A stretch of DNA of 43,404 nt from a virus (lineage: Duplodnaviria > Caudoviricetes), in IMG/VR virus record IMGVR_UViG_3300030376_000853, positions 1-43,404 of that record, one strand, 5' to 3'. Position numbers and translations under genes: made by a program. This document shows positions 1 through 9,504 of the stretch, in pieces (within the stretch, counting starts at the first letter, position 1; every line of letters starts with the position of its first letter). The notes under the pieces were generated by a model, which searched no databases, was not told the origin of the DNA, and saw only the letters and a list, made by a program, of their open reading frames with translations.

Positions 1-2373
1 GGAACTAGTTCTCCAGATAACGAATTGCACATTACTGATGGTTCAGCTGGTAGTGTAACTGCTAATTCAAATTCACAAGTAACTATTGAATCTAATAGCC
101 ACGCATCCTTACAATTTCTTTCGCCAAATAATGCTAATAGTATTATTTATTTTGGTGATGTAGATGACAATGATGTAGCCTATATAAATTACGCTCATAG
201 TTCAAATACTATGAACTTTCAAACTAATGCAGTAGTTAGAATGAGTATAGATGGTACAGGCGATGTTACATTTACTAATACTGCAATTTTTCCAAATAAT
301 AAAAGTATTAATTTTTTAAATACAAGTGGGGCTGAAAAAGCAATAGTTTCATTCGACAACTCAAACATTACTAAAATTGGAGATGCAAGTAGTAGTGGTA
401 CATTACAATTAAATTCAGGTGAAGCTACATTTGCTGGCAAGGTAATAGTATCTAAAAATGAATCTGATGAATATGATTCTGAAAGTTACGCTAAATCTCT
501 TCTCAAACTAACAAATACGAACACAAGTGCAACTCAAACACATAGTTTAATTACGTTTAGACTAGAAAAGAATGGTGGTGATGGTTACATAGGGTTTAAA
601 TCTGGTTCAAGTGTGAATCAAGAACATTTTATTGTTGGTAATCAAGTTGAAGGTGAGCTTTTAGAAATTGCTAGTGGTGGTAACGCCACATTTGCTGGTA
701 ATGTAATGATAAATAGTTCCTCTGCAAACTACGCTGATTTGACAGTTGGAGGAACTGGTGATATAGTTGCTTTACGAGCCAGTAGTGGAACTGCTGGATT
801 TACAATGTACGAAGCTGGAACTGGTAGATTTAATATGACTACTTTAAATGGTTCAAATGGAATCGCTTTTAAAGTTCCATCAACTACTGCTATGATTCTT
901 GATGACAACTCACGAATCTCACTAAGTAATAATGATAGTGGTACATCTAATACAGTCTTTGGAAAACTAGCTGGTAATGCATTAGCGAGTGGTGCAGAGG
1001 AAAATGTACTCATCGGACACAATGCTGGAAATGACCTTAATACTGGAGATAAAAATGTAATTATAGGCTCTGAAGCTGGAGAAAAATTAACTTTAGGTAA
1101 CAGAAGTGTAGCAATTGGCTCACGAGCTTTAGGAACAGAAGATGTGGGAGCTAGGTCAATAGCTATCGGATTCAGTTCTTTATTCTCCCAAAACTCAGAT
1201 ACCGATAATGAATCAACTCGTAATATAGGAATTGGTACAGAAGCTGGATTTTACAATATAACTGGTCAAGATAATACATTAATAGGCAACCAAGCTGGAA
1301 TGGGTGCAACTGGTCAAAGCAATAGTGGTAATACGGCAATAGGAAGTTCAAGTCTATTTTCAATTACTGATGGAGCAAATAATGTAGCTGTAGGTTATCA
1401 AAGTGGGGATTCAATTACGACAGAAAGTAATTGTACTTTAATTGGAAAGAGTGCTGGGGGTGCTATAAATGATGCAGCTGCAAATGGAGCAACTGCTGTT
1501 GGAAGTAATGCTTTATTAAAACTTACAAATGGTAGATATAATACTGCTGTTGGTTATCAAGCCTCATCTGAAAATTTAATTGGGTGGAAAAACACTTCTC
1601 TTGGTTATCAGGCTTTGTATTCTGCTTTAAATGATGGAAATACTGGTATTGGATACAGAGCTGGCACATCCTTGACTTCAGGTACTAACAATGTAGCAAT
1701 TGGTTCAGATGCCTTAGACGGAATGTCAACTGGTGTTAAGAATACATCAATTGGTGCTGAGTCTATGGGTAGTGCGGATGGTGCTGAGGAACAGAATGTT
1801 GCTATTGGATATAAAGCAATGTTTAACAATAATAACGGGTCTAGTAATACATGTATAGGCTCAGGAACACTTTTATCAGCTGCCGCTGGTCAAGGTCAAA
1901 TTGCAATTGGTAGAGATGTTGCGTGTATAGCTAATGAAACAGTCACAATAGGATTTGGAGGTAATGTAGCATCATTAGGATTAGATGGTAGTGACACATC
2001 TTGGGCGGCTTCATCAGACGAAAGATTAAAAGAAAATATTGCAGATGCTACTGCTGGTTTAGATGTTATTAATGACTTAAGACCAGTTACATATAATTGG
2101 AAAAAAGCAAAAGATATAGATAAGTCTATGCCTCAATATAAAGATTCTGATGAGCCAGTATTAGGTAAAGAATATGGGGAATCATTACATGGATTTATTG
2201 CTCAAGAAGTAAAAGTAGTAATAGATAAGCACGATAGTCTTAAAAAAGGTTTTAAGATGTGGAAACAATCAGATGATGGAACTCAAACAATAGCTGATGG
2301 AAATCTTATTCCAATATTAGTAAAAGCAGTACAAGAACTATCTGCAAAAGTAAAAGAATTAGAAAGTAAATAA
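1..2373 (+). CDS. Tail fibre/spike, C-terminal part (5'-truncated), with Gly/Asn-rich beta-repeats and a C-terminal Peptidase_S74 intramolecular chaperone
   Basis: Frame is open from base 1 (GTSSPDNELH...); many N(T/V)A(I/V)G repeats; SSDERLKENI cleavage motif, HGFIAQEV, and a terminal coiled coil LVKAVQELSAKVKELE. Confidence 0.9.
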   Translation, partial: GTSSPDNELHITDGSAGSVTANSNSQVTIESNSHASLQFLSPNNANSIIYFGDVDDNDVAYINYAHSSNTMNFQTNAVVRMSIDGTGDVTFTNTAIFPNNKSINFLNTSGAEKAIVSFDNSNITKIGDASSSGTLQLNSGEATFAGKVIVSKNESDEYDSESYAKSLLKLTNTNTSATQTHSLITFRLEKNGGDGYIGFKSGSSVNQEHFIVGNQVEGELLEIASGGNATFAGNVMINSSSANYADLTVGGTGDIVALRASSGTAGFTMYEAGTGRFNMTTLNGSNGIAFKVPSTTAMILDDNSRISLSNNDSGTSNTVFGKLAGNALASGAEENVLIGHNAGNDLNTGDKNVIIGSEAGEKLTLGNRSVAIGSRALGTEDVGARSIAIGFSSLFSQNSDTDNESTRNIGIGTEAGFYNITGQDNTLIGNQAGMGATGQSNSGNTAIGSSSLFSITDGANNVAVGYQSGDSITTESNCTLIGKSAGGAINDAAANGATAVGSNALLKLTNGRYNTAVGYQASSENLIGWKNTSLGYQALYSALNDGNTGIGYRAGTSLTSGTNNVAIGSDALDGMSTGVKNTSIGAESMGSADGAEEQNVAIGYKAMFNNNNGSSNTCIGSGTLLSAAAGQGQIAIGRDVACIANETVTIGFGGNVASLGLDGSDTSWAASSDERLKENIADATAGLDVINDLRPVTYNWKKAKDIDKSMPQYKDSDEPVLGKEYGESLHGFIAQEVKVVIDKHDSLKKGFKMWKQSDDGTQTIADGNLIPILVKAVQELSAKVKELESK

Positions 2374-2390
2374 CAAACAAGGAGTCCAAC

Positions 2391-2609
2391 ATGGCAAAAA
2401 AAGAAAAGAAGCCAGTCTTGAACTTAGATGATAAAGAGTATATCATAGAGGATATGACTGACGAGCAAAAGATGATGGTAAATCATATAAACGACATTCA
2501 GAACAAACAGAACAGTAATCAATTTATTGCTGACCAATTGTCTGTTGGTAAAGAAGCGTTTATCAATATGCTCAGGGAATCATTAAACTCTGAGGAAGAA
2601 GCAGAGTAA
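2391..2609 (+). CDS. Small coiled-coil protein, possibly tail-fibre associated
   Basis: AAGGAG RBS; 72 aa; directly follows the fibre gene. Confidence 0.7.
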   Translation: MAKKEKKPVLNLDDKEYIIEDMTDEQKMMVNHINDIQNKQNSNQFIADQLSVGKEAFINMLRESLNSEEEAE

Positions 2610-2905
2610 TGTTGATTAGAAGGTGTGCTCAGGGTCACGATATTAAGGTATACAGGAATACTACTCCGGGTGCTACTCGTACAAAAAGCTATCCAGATGG
2701 TACAACGGAGACCCTGACATACCCTTCATCTTATAAGTACTTCTTAGTTATAGATGGTGAAATAGAAAGAAGAAGCAATAGCTGGGAAACAATAGAAGAA
2801 TTATATGTTAGTAAGTGCGAAGATAAACATACTACTAGTAATGGTAGAGTGATTATTGGAAAACATAAACTAGTTAATCATATAATAACTAAATTAGGAA
2901 GTTAA
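2609..2905 (+). CDS. Hypothetical protein
   Basis: TAATG stop/start coupling; 98 aa. Confidence 0.7.
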   Translation: MLIRRCAQGHDIKVYRNTTPGATRTKSYPDGTTETLTYPSSYKYFLVIDGEIERRSNSWETIEELYVSKCEDKHTTSNGRVIIGKHKLVNHIITKLGS

Positions 2906-2906
2906 A

Positions 2907-3215
2907 ATGTCTTTATATAAATACACAGAAAAAGAAGCGGCTAATTTATTAATAGGTCAGAATGGTTTTGATGTAATAGGTGAGCACAATACTACTGTTG
3001 TAAATCCAGATACAGGTTCTTGGGTTGCTATACAAGCTTTAGGAAAAGATTCTAGTGGTACTACTGAGTTTTTAAAAATAAAGGTTACTTCTAACATTGG
3101 AGATAACATAGATTCTTTTGTTAATTTAATTCCCGGTGAGATACTTTATGGTAACTTTAGTGGTATTATAAATCATACAGATTCTACAGCAGTATGCATA
3201 GCTTACAGAGGGTAA
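2907..3215 (+). CDS. Hypothetical protein, probably a beta-rich virion protein
   Basis: 102-aa ORF in a tightly packed late operon. Confidence 0.7.
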   Translation: MSLYKYTEKEAANLLIGQNGFDVIGEHNTTVVNPDTGSWVAIQALGKDSSGTTEFLKIKVTSNIGDNIDSFVNLIPGEILYGNFSGIINHTDSTAVCIAYRG

Positions 3216-3322
3216 GAAGAACTGAAAGGCTCAAAAGAAGGCTTATAAATTCTAGTAAAAAAATAGGAGTATGGGCGTGGATAAAGCAAAAATTAAAAAA
3301 GATTTTAAAATTAAAAAACTAA
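3194..3322 (+). CDS. Possible 42-aa cationic amphipathic peptide (not in the ORF track)
   Basis: ATG 3194 to TAA 3322: MHSLQRVRRTERLKRRLINSSKKIGVWAWIKQKLKKILKLKN; fills the gap before the lipoprotein; no clear RBS; a competing 39-aa ORF at 3271-3390 has an AGGAG RBS. Confidence 0.35.
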   Translation: MHSLQRVRRTERLKRRLINSSKKIGVWAWIKQKLKKILKLKN

Positions 3323-3340
3323 AAAACGGAGATTTTAAAG

Positions 3341-3568
3341 TTGTTAGTACGAGTTATAATGTTAGGGTGTTTTACAGCTATGTTAAGTAGTTGTTCAAAT
3401 GGTTGGTCTGTAGGGAATATAGATGTTAATGCGGAAGATTCAATGTATACTTTTATAGAGGTTTTAGACCAAGATTCTACTTCTCATTTTTATTCAGACC
3501 ATATAAGATTTAATAAAGATATGTGGTGCTTTGTGCATAATCGTTGGGAAATTGTAAGGAAGAAATGA
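3341..3568 (+). CDS. Putative lipoprotein (o-spanin-like candidate)
   Basis: TTG start with GGAG upstream; hydrophobic leader followed by a lipobox-like LSSC. Confidence 0.55.
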   Translation: MLVRVIMLGCFTAMLSSCSNGWSVGNIDVNAEDSMYTFIEVLDQDSTSHFYSDHIRFNKDMWCFVHNRWEIVRKK

Positions 3569-3885
3569 GTGAAGAAGTTAAAACAGCTAGAAGCTATAGA
3601 GGTACTATTGTCGATGACAACGCTGTTATTTCTATCAATATCAGATGGATATTTCAAGGCATTGCCCTTATTGGTGCTTTGGTCTATGGTTACTATAGGG
3701 TTGAGACTAGATTGGAAACATTGGAAGATAAGTTGGCTAATGCTGATAAGCAAATTGGGGATTTACTTAGTAAACATATCGTGGAAGAAAGGGCTGAAAG
3801 AGCAGAGTTGGCAGAGAAAGTCGCATTCTATGAAAAAGAATTTAACATAAATCCTTTAAGCTGGGGTAAAAGGAGAAAGAAGTAA
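3565..3885 (+). CDS. Single-TM plus coiled-coil membrane protein (i-spanin/holin-like candidate)
   Basis: Likely start MSEEVK (ATGA overlap); TM WIFQGIALIGALVYGYY, then heptad repeats. Confidence 0.6.
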   Translation: MSEEVKTARSYRGTIVDDNAVISINIRWIFQGIALIGALVYGYYRVETRLETLEDKLANADKQIGDLLSKHIVEERAERAELAEKVAFYEKEFNINPLSWGKRRKK

Positions 3886-4208
3886 TGGATATGATGGCAA
3901 TATATGGCGAAGCAGGAATGATAGGTATATGCGGAGCGTTGCTTGTTTATTTAGTTATGTCATTGTCAAAGAAATCAGAAGCACAACAAGAGTCTTTAAA
4001 AGAATTAGAGGTAGAAAACAAAGGTCAATCTGAAAGTATTAATAATATGGAAGGTATGATTATAAAACTTATTAGCAGATGGAATGAATCTGATGCGGTT
4101 AGGGATAGAAGGTATGAACAGATGATGGAGGCAGTATCTGACCTTGAAAAACAATTATCTAGAATGGATGGAATAATGTCTAGGATGAATGGAAATGGGA
4201 GACATTAA
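3885..4208 (+). CDS. N-terminal TM plus coiled-coil membrane protein (lysis region)
   Basis: TM AGMIGICGALLVYLVMSL; TAATG coupling. Confidence 0.6.
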   Translation: MDMMAIYGEAGMIGICGALLVYLVMSLSKKSEAQQESLKELEVENKGQSESINNMEGMIIKLISRWNESDAVRDRRYEQMMEAVSDLEKQLSRMDGIMSRMNGNGRH

Positions 4209-4420
4209 TGAATAATGAAGATTTAAAAACGCATTTAATAAGACACGACGAGAGATTGAGAAATATATATTCTACATTGAATAGGATAGAAAAACATTTA
4301 GAAAGACTTAATGGTAAAGTTGATAGGCACGAAACCGATATTGCTAAAGTTCAGGTATGGGGTGGAGTTGCCTTAGTAAGCTTTCCGATAATCGTAAACA
4401 TAATAATGAGGTTTATATAA
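4208..4420 (+). CDS. Coiled coil plus C-terminal TM protein (XhlA-like holin architecture)
   Basis: Heptads followed by WGGVALVSFPIIVNIIMRFI; TAATG coupling. Confidence 0.6.
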   Translation: MNNEDLKTHLIRHDERLRNIYSTLNRIEKHLERLNGKVDRHETDIAKVQVWGGVALVSFPIIVNIIMRFI

Positions 4421-4596
4421 TGTTAAAGAAAATGATAGCAGATGAGTTACTAGGAGATGCAACAAAAGATGAGTTAATTGATGAGATTAACAAAGCTGTT
4501 GACATACCTATTATATCTGAAAAAACAGAAAAGGCTATACTAGAAGCTCTTTGGAAAATTATTAAAAAAGTTCTACTGTCTAAGTTAGGTGTATAG
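4420..4596 (+). CDS. Small helical hypothetical protein
   Basis: Likely start ATG 4420 (MLKKMIADEL) with GAGG RBS and TAATG coupling. Confidence 0.65.
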   Translation: MLKKMIADELLGDATKDELIDEINKAVDIPIISEKTEKAILEALWKIIKKVLLSKLGV

Positions 4597-4886
4597 TGCC
4601 TTCTAAGAAAGACCCAAGATTAAAAAGAGCAGGGGTATCTGGTTTTAATAAACCTAAGCGTACTCCTAATCACCCTAAGAAAAGTCACATTGTTGTAGCT
4701 AAAGAAGGGTCTAAAATTAAGACAATTAGATTTGGTCAAAAGGGTGCTAGTACAGCGGGTAAACCAAAAGCTGGTGAATCTAGAAGAATGAAAATGAAAA
4801 GAAAATCGTTCAAAGCTAGACATAGAAAGAATATAGCAAAGGGAAAAATGTCTGCGGCTTATTGGGCGGATAAGGTTAAATGGTAA
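4596..4886 (+). CDS. Highly basic small phage protein (IRFGQ...SFKARH...SAAYWA motif family)
   Basis: GTG start overlapping the previous stop; K/R-rich; motif recurrent in environmental phages. Confidence 0.75.
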   Translation: MPSKKDPRLKRAGVSGFNKPKRTPNHPKKSHIVVAKEGSKIKTIRFGQKGASTAGKPKAGESRRMKMKRKSFKARHRKNIAKGKMSAAYWADKVKW

Positions 4887-4887
4887 T

Positions 4888-5049
4888 ATGAATAAAAAAG
4901 TTAAAGCTCCAAAAGGTTATCATTGGATGAAGTCTGGTTCTTCATATAAGTTAATGAAACATAGTGGTAAATTTAAGTCTCACAAAGGTGCTAGTCTTAT
5001 GGCTGATTTTAAAGTACAGATGAAACATTCAAAAGCTAAAAAGAAATAA
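4888..5049 (+). CDS. Highly basic 53-aa protein (not in the ORF track)
   Basis: MNKKVKAPKGYHWMKSGSSYKLMKHSGKFKSHKGASLMADFKVQMKHSKAKKK; exactly fills the gap, TAATG-coupled to the next gene. Confidence 0.7.
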   Translation: MNKKVKAPKGYHWMKSGSSYKLMKHSGKFKSHKGASLMADFKVQMKHSKAKKK

Positions 5050-5435
5050 TGGCGACAGCTAAAAAAAGAAACCCTGCTAAGTGGGCAAGAGCAAAAGCAA
5101 AAGCAAAAGCAAAGATGGGTGGAAAACACTCGGCTCGTGCAATGCAGTTAGCAGTAAAATATTATAAGGATATGGGCGGAACATATTCGGGTAAAAAGTC
5201 TTCAAAGAATAAGCTATCTAAATGGTCGAAAGAGAAGTGGGATTATGTTAGTAAAGGAGATAAGAAGAAGCCAAAGAAGAAGCGAGGAAGATACTTACCT
5301 GAATCCGTAAGAAAGAGTTTAAGTCCTTCTCAAAAATCAGCAACGAATCGCAGGAAAAAAGCTGCATCAGCGAAAGGAAAACCAAGAGCAAAATATAGTA
5401 AGTCAATCGCAAGAAAAGTAAGGAGAAAAAAGTAA
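5049..5435 (+). CDS. Highly basic 128-aa protein (DUF5872-like)
   Basis: SARAMQLA..YK..GG.Y, KWSKEKW and RYLP motifs; very K/R-rich. Confidence 0.7.
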   Translation: MATAKKRNPAKWARAKAKAKAKMGGKHSARAMQLAVKYYKDMGGTYSGKKSSKNKLSKWSKEKWDYVSKGDKKKPKKKRGRYLPESVRKSLSPSQKSATNRRKKAASAKGKPRAKYSKSIARKVRRKK

Positions 5436-5572
5436 TGCCACAAGGTAAAGGTACATACGGTTCAAAAAAAGGAAGACCTTCAAAAAAGAAAAAAGGTTTA
5501 AGTAAAAAACAAAAGTCACTTCCTAAAAAACTTCAAGCATTAATAATGAAGAAGAAAAAAAAGAAAAAATAA
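5435..5572 (+). CDS. Highly basic 45-aa protein (not in the ORF track)
   Basis: MPQGKGTYGSKKGRPSKKKKGLSKKQKSLPKKLQALIMKKKKKKK; TAATG coupling at both ends. Confidence 0.7.
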   Translation: MPQGKGTYGSKKGRPSKKKKGLSKKQKSLPKKLQALIMKKKKKKK

Positions 5573-5952
5573 TGTATAAGTTTGGTAGAAAAAGTAAAGA
5601 AAGATTAAAAGGTGTAGATGCTAAATTAGTTAATGTTCTTAATGAGCTTATTAAGATTATGGATGTTACTATAATAGAAGGTTTACGTACAGAAGAAAGA
5701 CAAAAAGAGTTACTTAAGAAAGGTGCTACTAAGGTTAAATACTCTAAGCATATGGAAGGTAAAGCTGTAGACTTAGCTCCTTACCCTATAGATTGGAAGA
5801 ATAGAGATGGATTTCATTATATGGGTGGTATGATTAGAGGAATAGCTAAACAACTTAATGTTAAAGTTCGTTGGGGTGGAGACTGGGATTCTGATGGAGA
5901 TGTAAAAGATAATGGCTTTGATGACCTAGTTCACGTGGAGATACTTGATTAA
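5572..5952 (+). CDS. Endolysin, peptidase M15 family (T5-type L-Ala-D-Glu peptidase)
   Basis: EGLRT..RQ, SKH..G.AVD, RWGGDW and D.VHVE zinc motifs. Confidence 0.92.
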   Translation: MYKFGRKSKERLKGVDAKLVNVLNELIKIMDVTIIEGLRTEERQKELLKKGATKVKYSKHMEGKAVDLAPYPIDWKNRDGFHYMGGMIRGIAKQLNVKVRWGGDWDSDGDVKDNGFDDLVHVEILD

Positions 5953-8828
5953 TGCCAAAGCAATATCTAAATATAAATAGCTTCGCAAGAGGAATTAATA
6001 ATGTAAAAAATCCTAGGGATTTATCAATAGGAGAAGCTGTTGATTTAGTTAATTTTGACATTAGCAATGTAGGTGAACTTAAACCTAGGGGTAAGTTTGT
6101 TGAAAACACAAATGATGGAGAAGCTTATAAACCGGGAACAAATAATACTCCAACTATAACTGCTTCAGTTAATCCGGGATACGGATTACATTATTTTGAA
6201 TACGATGAAGAATCTGGAGTAGCTGGATTTTCACTAACAGGAATAACACCTACTGGAGATGTTCAGTTAAATACAGGTGGAAATCCTTATGGAAATTTAG
6301 ATGGAACAAGTAGTAATTATTATGTTTCTTTTATTCCAAAAGGAGACACTCAACCAGATTTTAATATAACTGTACCCCCTGCAAATTTACTCATTATTGG
6401 AACTAGGCATTTATCAAATTCATCAATATTAACAAATTCAAACAACTCTTTATTAAATAGCCATAATGATATACCAATTAAAATAGAAATAAGTGGTACA
6501 AGTAACAATAATGGTATATTTACAATACAAAGAATATTAACAACTAATTCAACAGCTGCAAGTGCTTCAGATAGAGTTATTATACCTAATTATAATGGTC
6601 ACGAAATAACTACAAAAGGTAGTGCTGATGGAGCTACAGCTATTGAATTAGCTGAAGACGTAGTAGCTGAGGATATATTAGCTAGTGCAACTATTACTAT
6701 TAAAAGAGTTGGCGTTCAAGATGATATTGCTATTTTATATGGGAATACAGATGATAGTAAAATTGATGTATATAAAGACTCTACTGGTTCTGTAACAGCA
6801 GATGTAATAGATTTAGAAACAATATCTTCTACAAGCTCTTACCCTAATTGGGTTTTTTATTCAGTTAACTCTGCAGTTAGAGTAGCAGATGGGAATAGGC
6901 AAAACATATCAAAACCTAAATGGTATGGCTATATAAAAAGAGACCATTTTTATGCAGTTGCTGGAAATGAATCTACTACTGCAGAATTAACAAATTTTAT
7001 AGGAAGAGTTATACCATCTAACTTGTACGCTGAAAACAATGATTTAGCTAAACCAACTGGCGGAGACTTAATAACAACCGTTAACGGTTCTAATGAATTT
7101 ACAGCTAATGGAACTGGTTGGTCTTTAGCTATAGAGGAACATAGTTCAGATTCAGGAGGATGGGAAGCTACTACCTATGAATTTGCAAGTACTTTTATTT
7201 ATGACGGAAACCAAGAGTCTCTTTTAAATAGATTTGATACTATTTTCCCAACTGTTAATGGCTTTAGAAAACTTTTAATAAATGTTTTTGCTTCTCAAGA
7301 TGTATCAAGTAGCTCTACTACTTTTTCAAATAGAATATCTGGTGGAAGAATATATATTAGAAAAGGTCTTGGTTTAGGAGACATTAGTTCTGGAGAAGAT
7401 TGGACTCTACTTGCTGATATAAGTATTAAAGATGGTGTTAGAACTTCAATGTTATCAGACTATAAACAATGGGTTCAAGATAGTACAACTCAAGGAGTTA
7501 CAGGAGACCATCACTTTAGAATTACTGACCCTAACGACACTACGGTAGGCAATAGAGGTAGTGCTTATTGGATGCTGGAGTTGGAAAATCAAAGCATAGA
7601 AACATATACTTCGTTAAATGGATTTTCACAATCTACAAAACAAATATCTTTTGGTCAATTAGGTGCTAGTTATTTAACCGCAACCTTGTCAGGTAGAAGA
7701 GCTTTTGTTGCTAATGTAAAATACGATGAAGGGGAATCTGGTTCAGTAGATGGACTAACTGAATTTAGTAGCTATGGTGATAGAATAATGTATAGCGAGA
7801 TAGGCAAGTATGACACATTTCCAAATTTTAATTATATAGAGGCATCTAAAGGTGATGCAGAAAATTATGTTAAGTTAGAATCTTTTGCTGATAGAATACT
7901 AGCATTTAAACAAAGAACTATGCAGGTAATTAACGTAGCTTCTTCATCTCCAAGTAATTGGTTTGTTGAAGACACAATATATAATGCAGGAGTTCTTCAT
8001 CCTTACTCAGTAGCTAAGGGAAACGCTGGAGTTATTTGGGCTAATAGAAATGGAGTTTTTTATTTTAATGGCTCAACAACTGTCAATGTAACAGATGGTA
8101 AAATAAATGATGAGGATTGGATTTCTTTTTCAGAAGGTGCTTCTGGTGCTCAGCATAAAATGTCTGTTGGTTATATATCAGATAAAAATCAAGTGATGAT
8201 AATTCAAAAAGTTGATGCGGCTAGGCATGGATATATATACGATATTAAGAATCAAGCATTTTCATATGCAGATGACATAGCTCCAAATTCATTTAATGAC
8301 ACAGTTGATAACGGTTCAAGTTTTACTCCAGTATTAACTAATTTTATAAATGACAGTAGAGGTAGATTAGTAACTTCATACGATGTTCAATCAACAAATC
8401 TAGGAACTGAAGGTGCTAATAAAGTTTACACTACTGATTTTATATCTGAACCAAGTGTGCATAAAGACTACAGAATTCAAACACCTGATTTTTCATTAGG
8501 TCAACCTTCTTTAATTAAAAAGTTTTACAAGTTATATATTCATTATAGACATACGGCTAGTACACTCATCCCTGCGTCTAATATATATTATCAAATCAAT
8601 CAAAATGGTACATGGACAGCATTTAGTTCAGGTTCTTTTGTGCAATCTAGTGGTAATTATAAAGTAGCTGTTTTCTCTCCAAGTAGCATAGTATCTTTTC
8701 AAAGCATTTCTTTTAAAATAGACATAACAGAAGGCACTAATAGTTGGGATACTGATACAGGTTTATATATAAATGATATGCAAGTAGAGTATAGAGTACT
8801 AGGATTAAAACAAGTGAGTGCAGGTTAA
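5952..8828 (+). CDS. Large tail structural protein (tail tubular B/nozzle-like)
   Basis: 958 aa; N-terminal F..GIN....P.D...GE...L.N motif and beta-propeller-like C-terminal half; position before the internal virion genes. Confidence 0.65.
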   Translation: MPKQYLNINSFARGINNVKNPRDLSIGEAVDLVNFDISNVGELKPRGKFVENTNDGEAYKPGTNNTPTITASVNPGYGLHYFEYDEESGVAGFSLTGITPTGDVQLNTGGNPYGNLDGTSSNYYVSFIPKGDTQPDFNITVPPANLLIIGTRHLSNSSILTNSNNSLLNSHNDIPIKIEISGTSNNNGIFTIQRILTTNSTAASASDRVIIPNYNGHEITTKGSADGATAIELAEDVVAEDILASATITIKRVGVQDDIAILYGNTDDSKIDVYKDSTGSVTADVIDLETISSTSSYPNWVFYSVNSAVRVADGNRQNISKPKWYGYIKRDHFYAVAGNESTTAELTNFIGRVIPSNLYAENNDLAKPTGGDLITTVNGSNEFTANGTGWSLAIEEHSSDSGGWEATTYEFASTFIYDGNQESLLNRFDTIFPTVNGFRKLLINVFASQDVSSSSTTFSNRISGGRIYIRKGLGLGDISSGEDWTLLADISIKDGVRTSMLSDYKQWVQDSTTQGVTGDHHFRITDPNDTTVGNRGSAYWMLELENQSIETYTSLNGFSQSTKQISFGQLGASYLTATLSGRRAFVANVKYDEGESGSVDGLTEFSSYGDRIMYSEIGKYDTFPNFNYIEASKGDAENYVKLESFADRILAFKQRTMQVINVASSSPSNWFVEDTIYNAGVLHPYSVAKGNAGVIWANRNGVFYFNGSTTVNVTDGKINDEDWISFSEGASGAQHKMSVGYISDKNQVMIIQKVDAARHGYIYDIKNQAFSYADDIAPNSFNDTVDNGSSFTPVLTNFINDSRGRLVTSYDVQSTNLGTEGANKVYTTDFISEPSVHKDYRIQTPDFSLGQPSLIKKFYKLYIHYRHTASTLIPASNIYYQINQNGTWTAFSSGSFVQSSGNYKVAVFSPSSIVSFQSISFKIDITEGTNSWDTDTGLYINDMQVEYRVLGLKQVSAG

Positions 8829-9496
8829 TGATTAGAAACTTAAGAAGATTATCTAATTCTATAGAGCAGACTCAGTCATTTAATGAAGGCGGTCATTCAT
8901 CTTTACAGGAAGGTGGTTCTTATATTACTATAGAAAATGGTAGGCTTGCTATATATAGAAAGCATAAAGGTTTAAAATGGAAGTCATATATGGCTTCAGA
9001 TGGAAATCAATACGTAGATAAAAAACTTACTACTAATTCTTTAGAATACACAAATACATTTATAGACTACAGAATTTACAAACACAACTTTTCTGACAAC
9101 ATTGGAACTACAGAGCATTTTTTACCTTGGCAGGGAGCAAAGGAAGGAGCAGATATGGATGTAGCAGAAGATGCTTTTCTAGTTCCATTTAAAATGACTT
9201 GCCATAAAATATTATTTAGACCAGAGGCTTTTTCTACTCCTACTGCAGACTTTACATTTAAAATTAAAAGACAAGATAGTGGTGATGCAACCGTAGATGA
9301 AGTTGCTAGCTTTACATATACAGACACATTTGCAGACAATACTACAATAGAAGTAAGACAATCTGATTTTAACAATACACCAGTTGTAAACGCAGGAGCT
9401 AAGGCGTCAATAAGTATTCAAGCTAATGCAAACCCTCACGGTTCATCAAAAGATTATTATATAACCTCTGTATGGAGAACTGAAATAACAATATAG
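8828..9496 (+). CDS. Virion/tail-associated protein
   Basis: 222 aa; TAATG coupling; beta-rich C-terminus. Confidence 0.6.
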   Translation: MIRNLRRLSNSIEQTQSFNEGGHSSLQEGGSYITIENGRLAIYRKHKGLKWKSYMASDGNQYVDKKLTTNSLEYTNTFIDYRIYKHNFSDNIGTTEHFLPWQGAKEGADMDVAEDAFLVPFKMTCHKILFRPEAFSTPTADFTFKIKRQDSGDATVDEVASFTYTDTFADNTTIEVRQSDFNNTPVVNAGAKASISIQANANPHGSSKDYYITSVWRTEITI

Positions 9497-9504
9497 GAAT
9501 TACT

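Noticed and set aside
1-16. Direct terminal repeat with 43139-43154
   Set aside because: Only 16 nt, not at the right terminus, diverges immediately, and is explained by the fibre repeat motif
1-2373. Diversity-generating retroelement acting on the fibre
   Set aside because: No reverse transcriptase and no template/variable repeat pair seen
3569-3850. Embedded alternative-frame ORF as an o-spanin
   Set aside because: No lipobox cysteine; fully inside a better-supported gene
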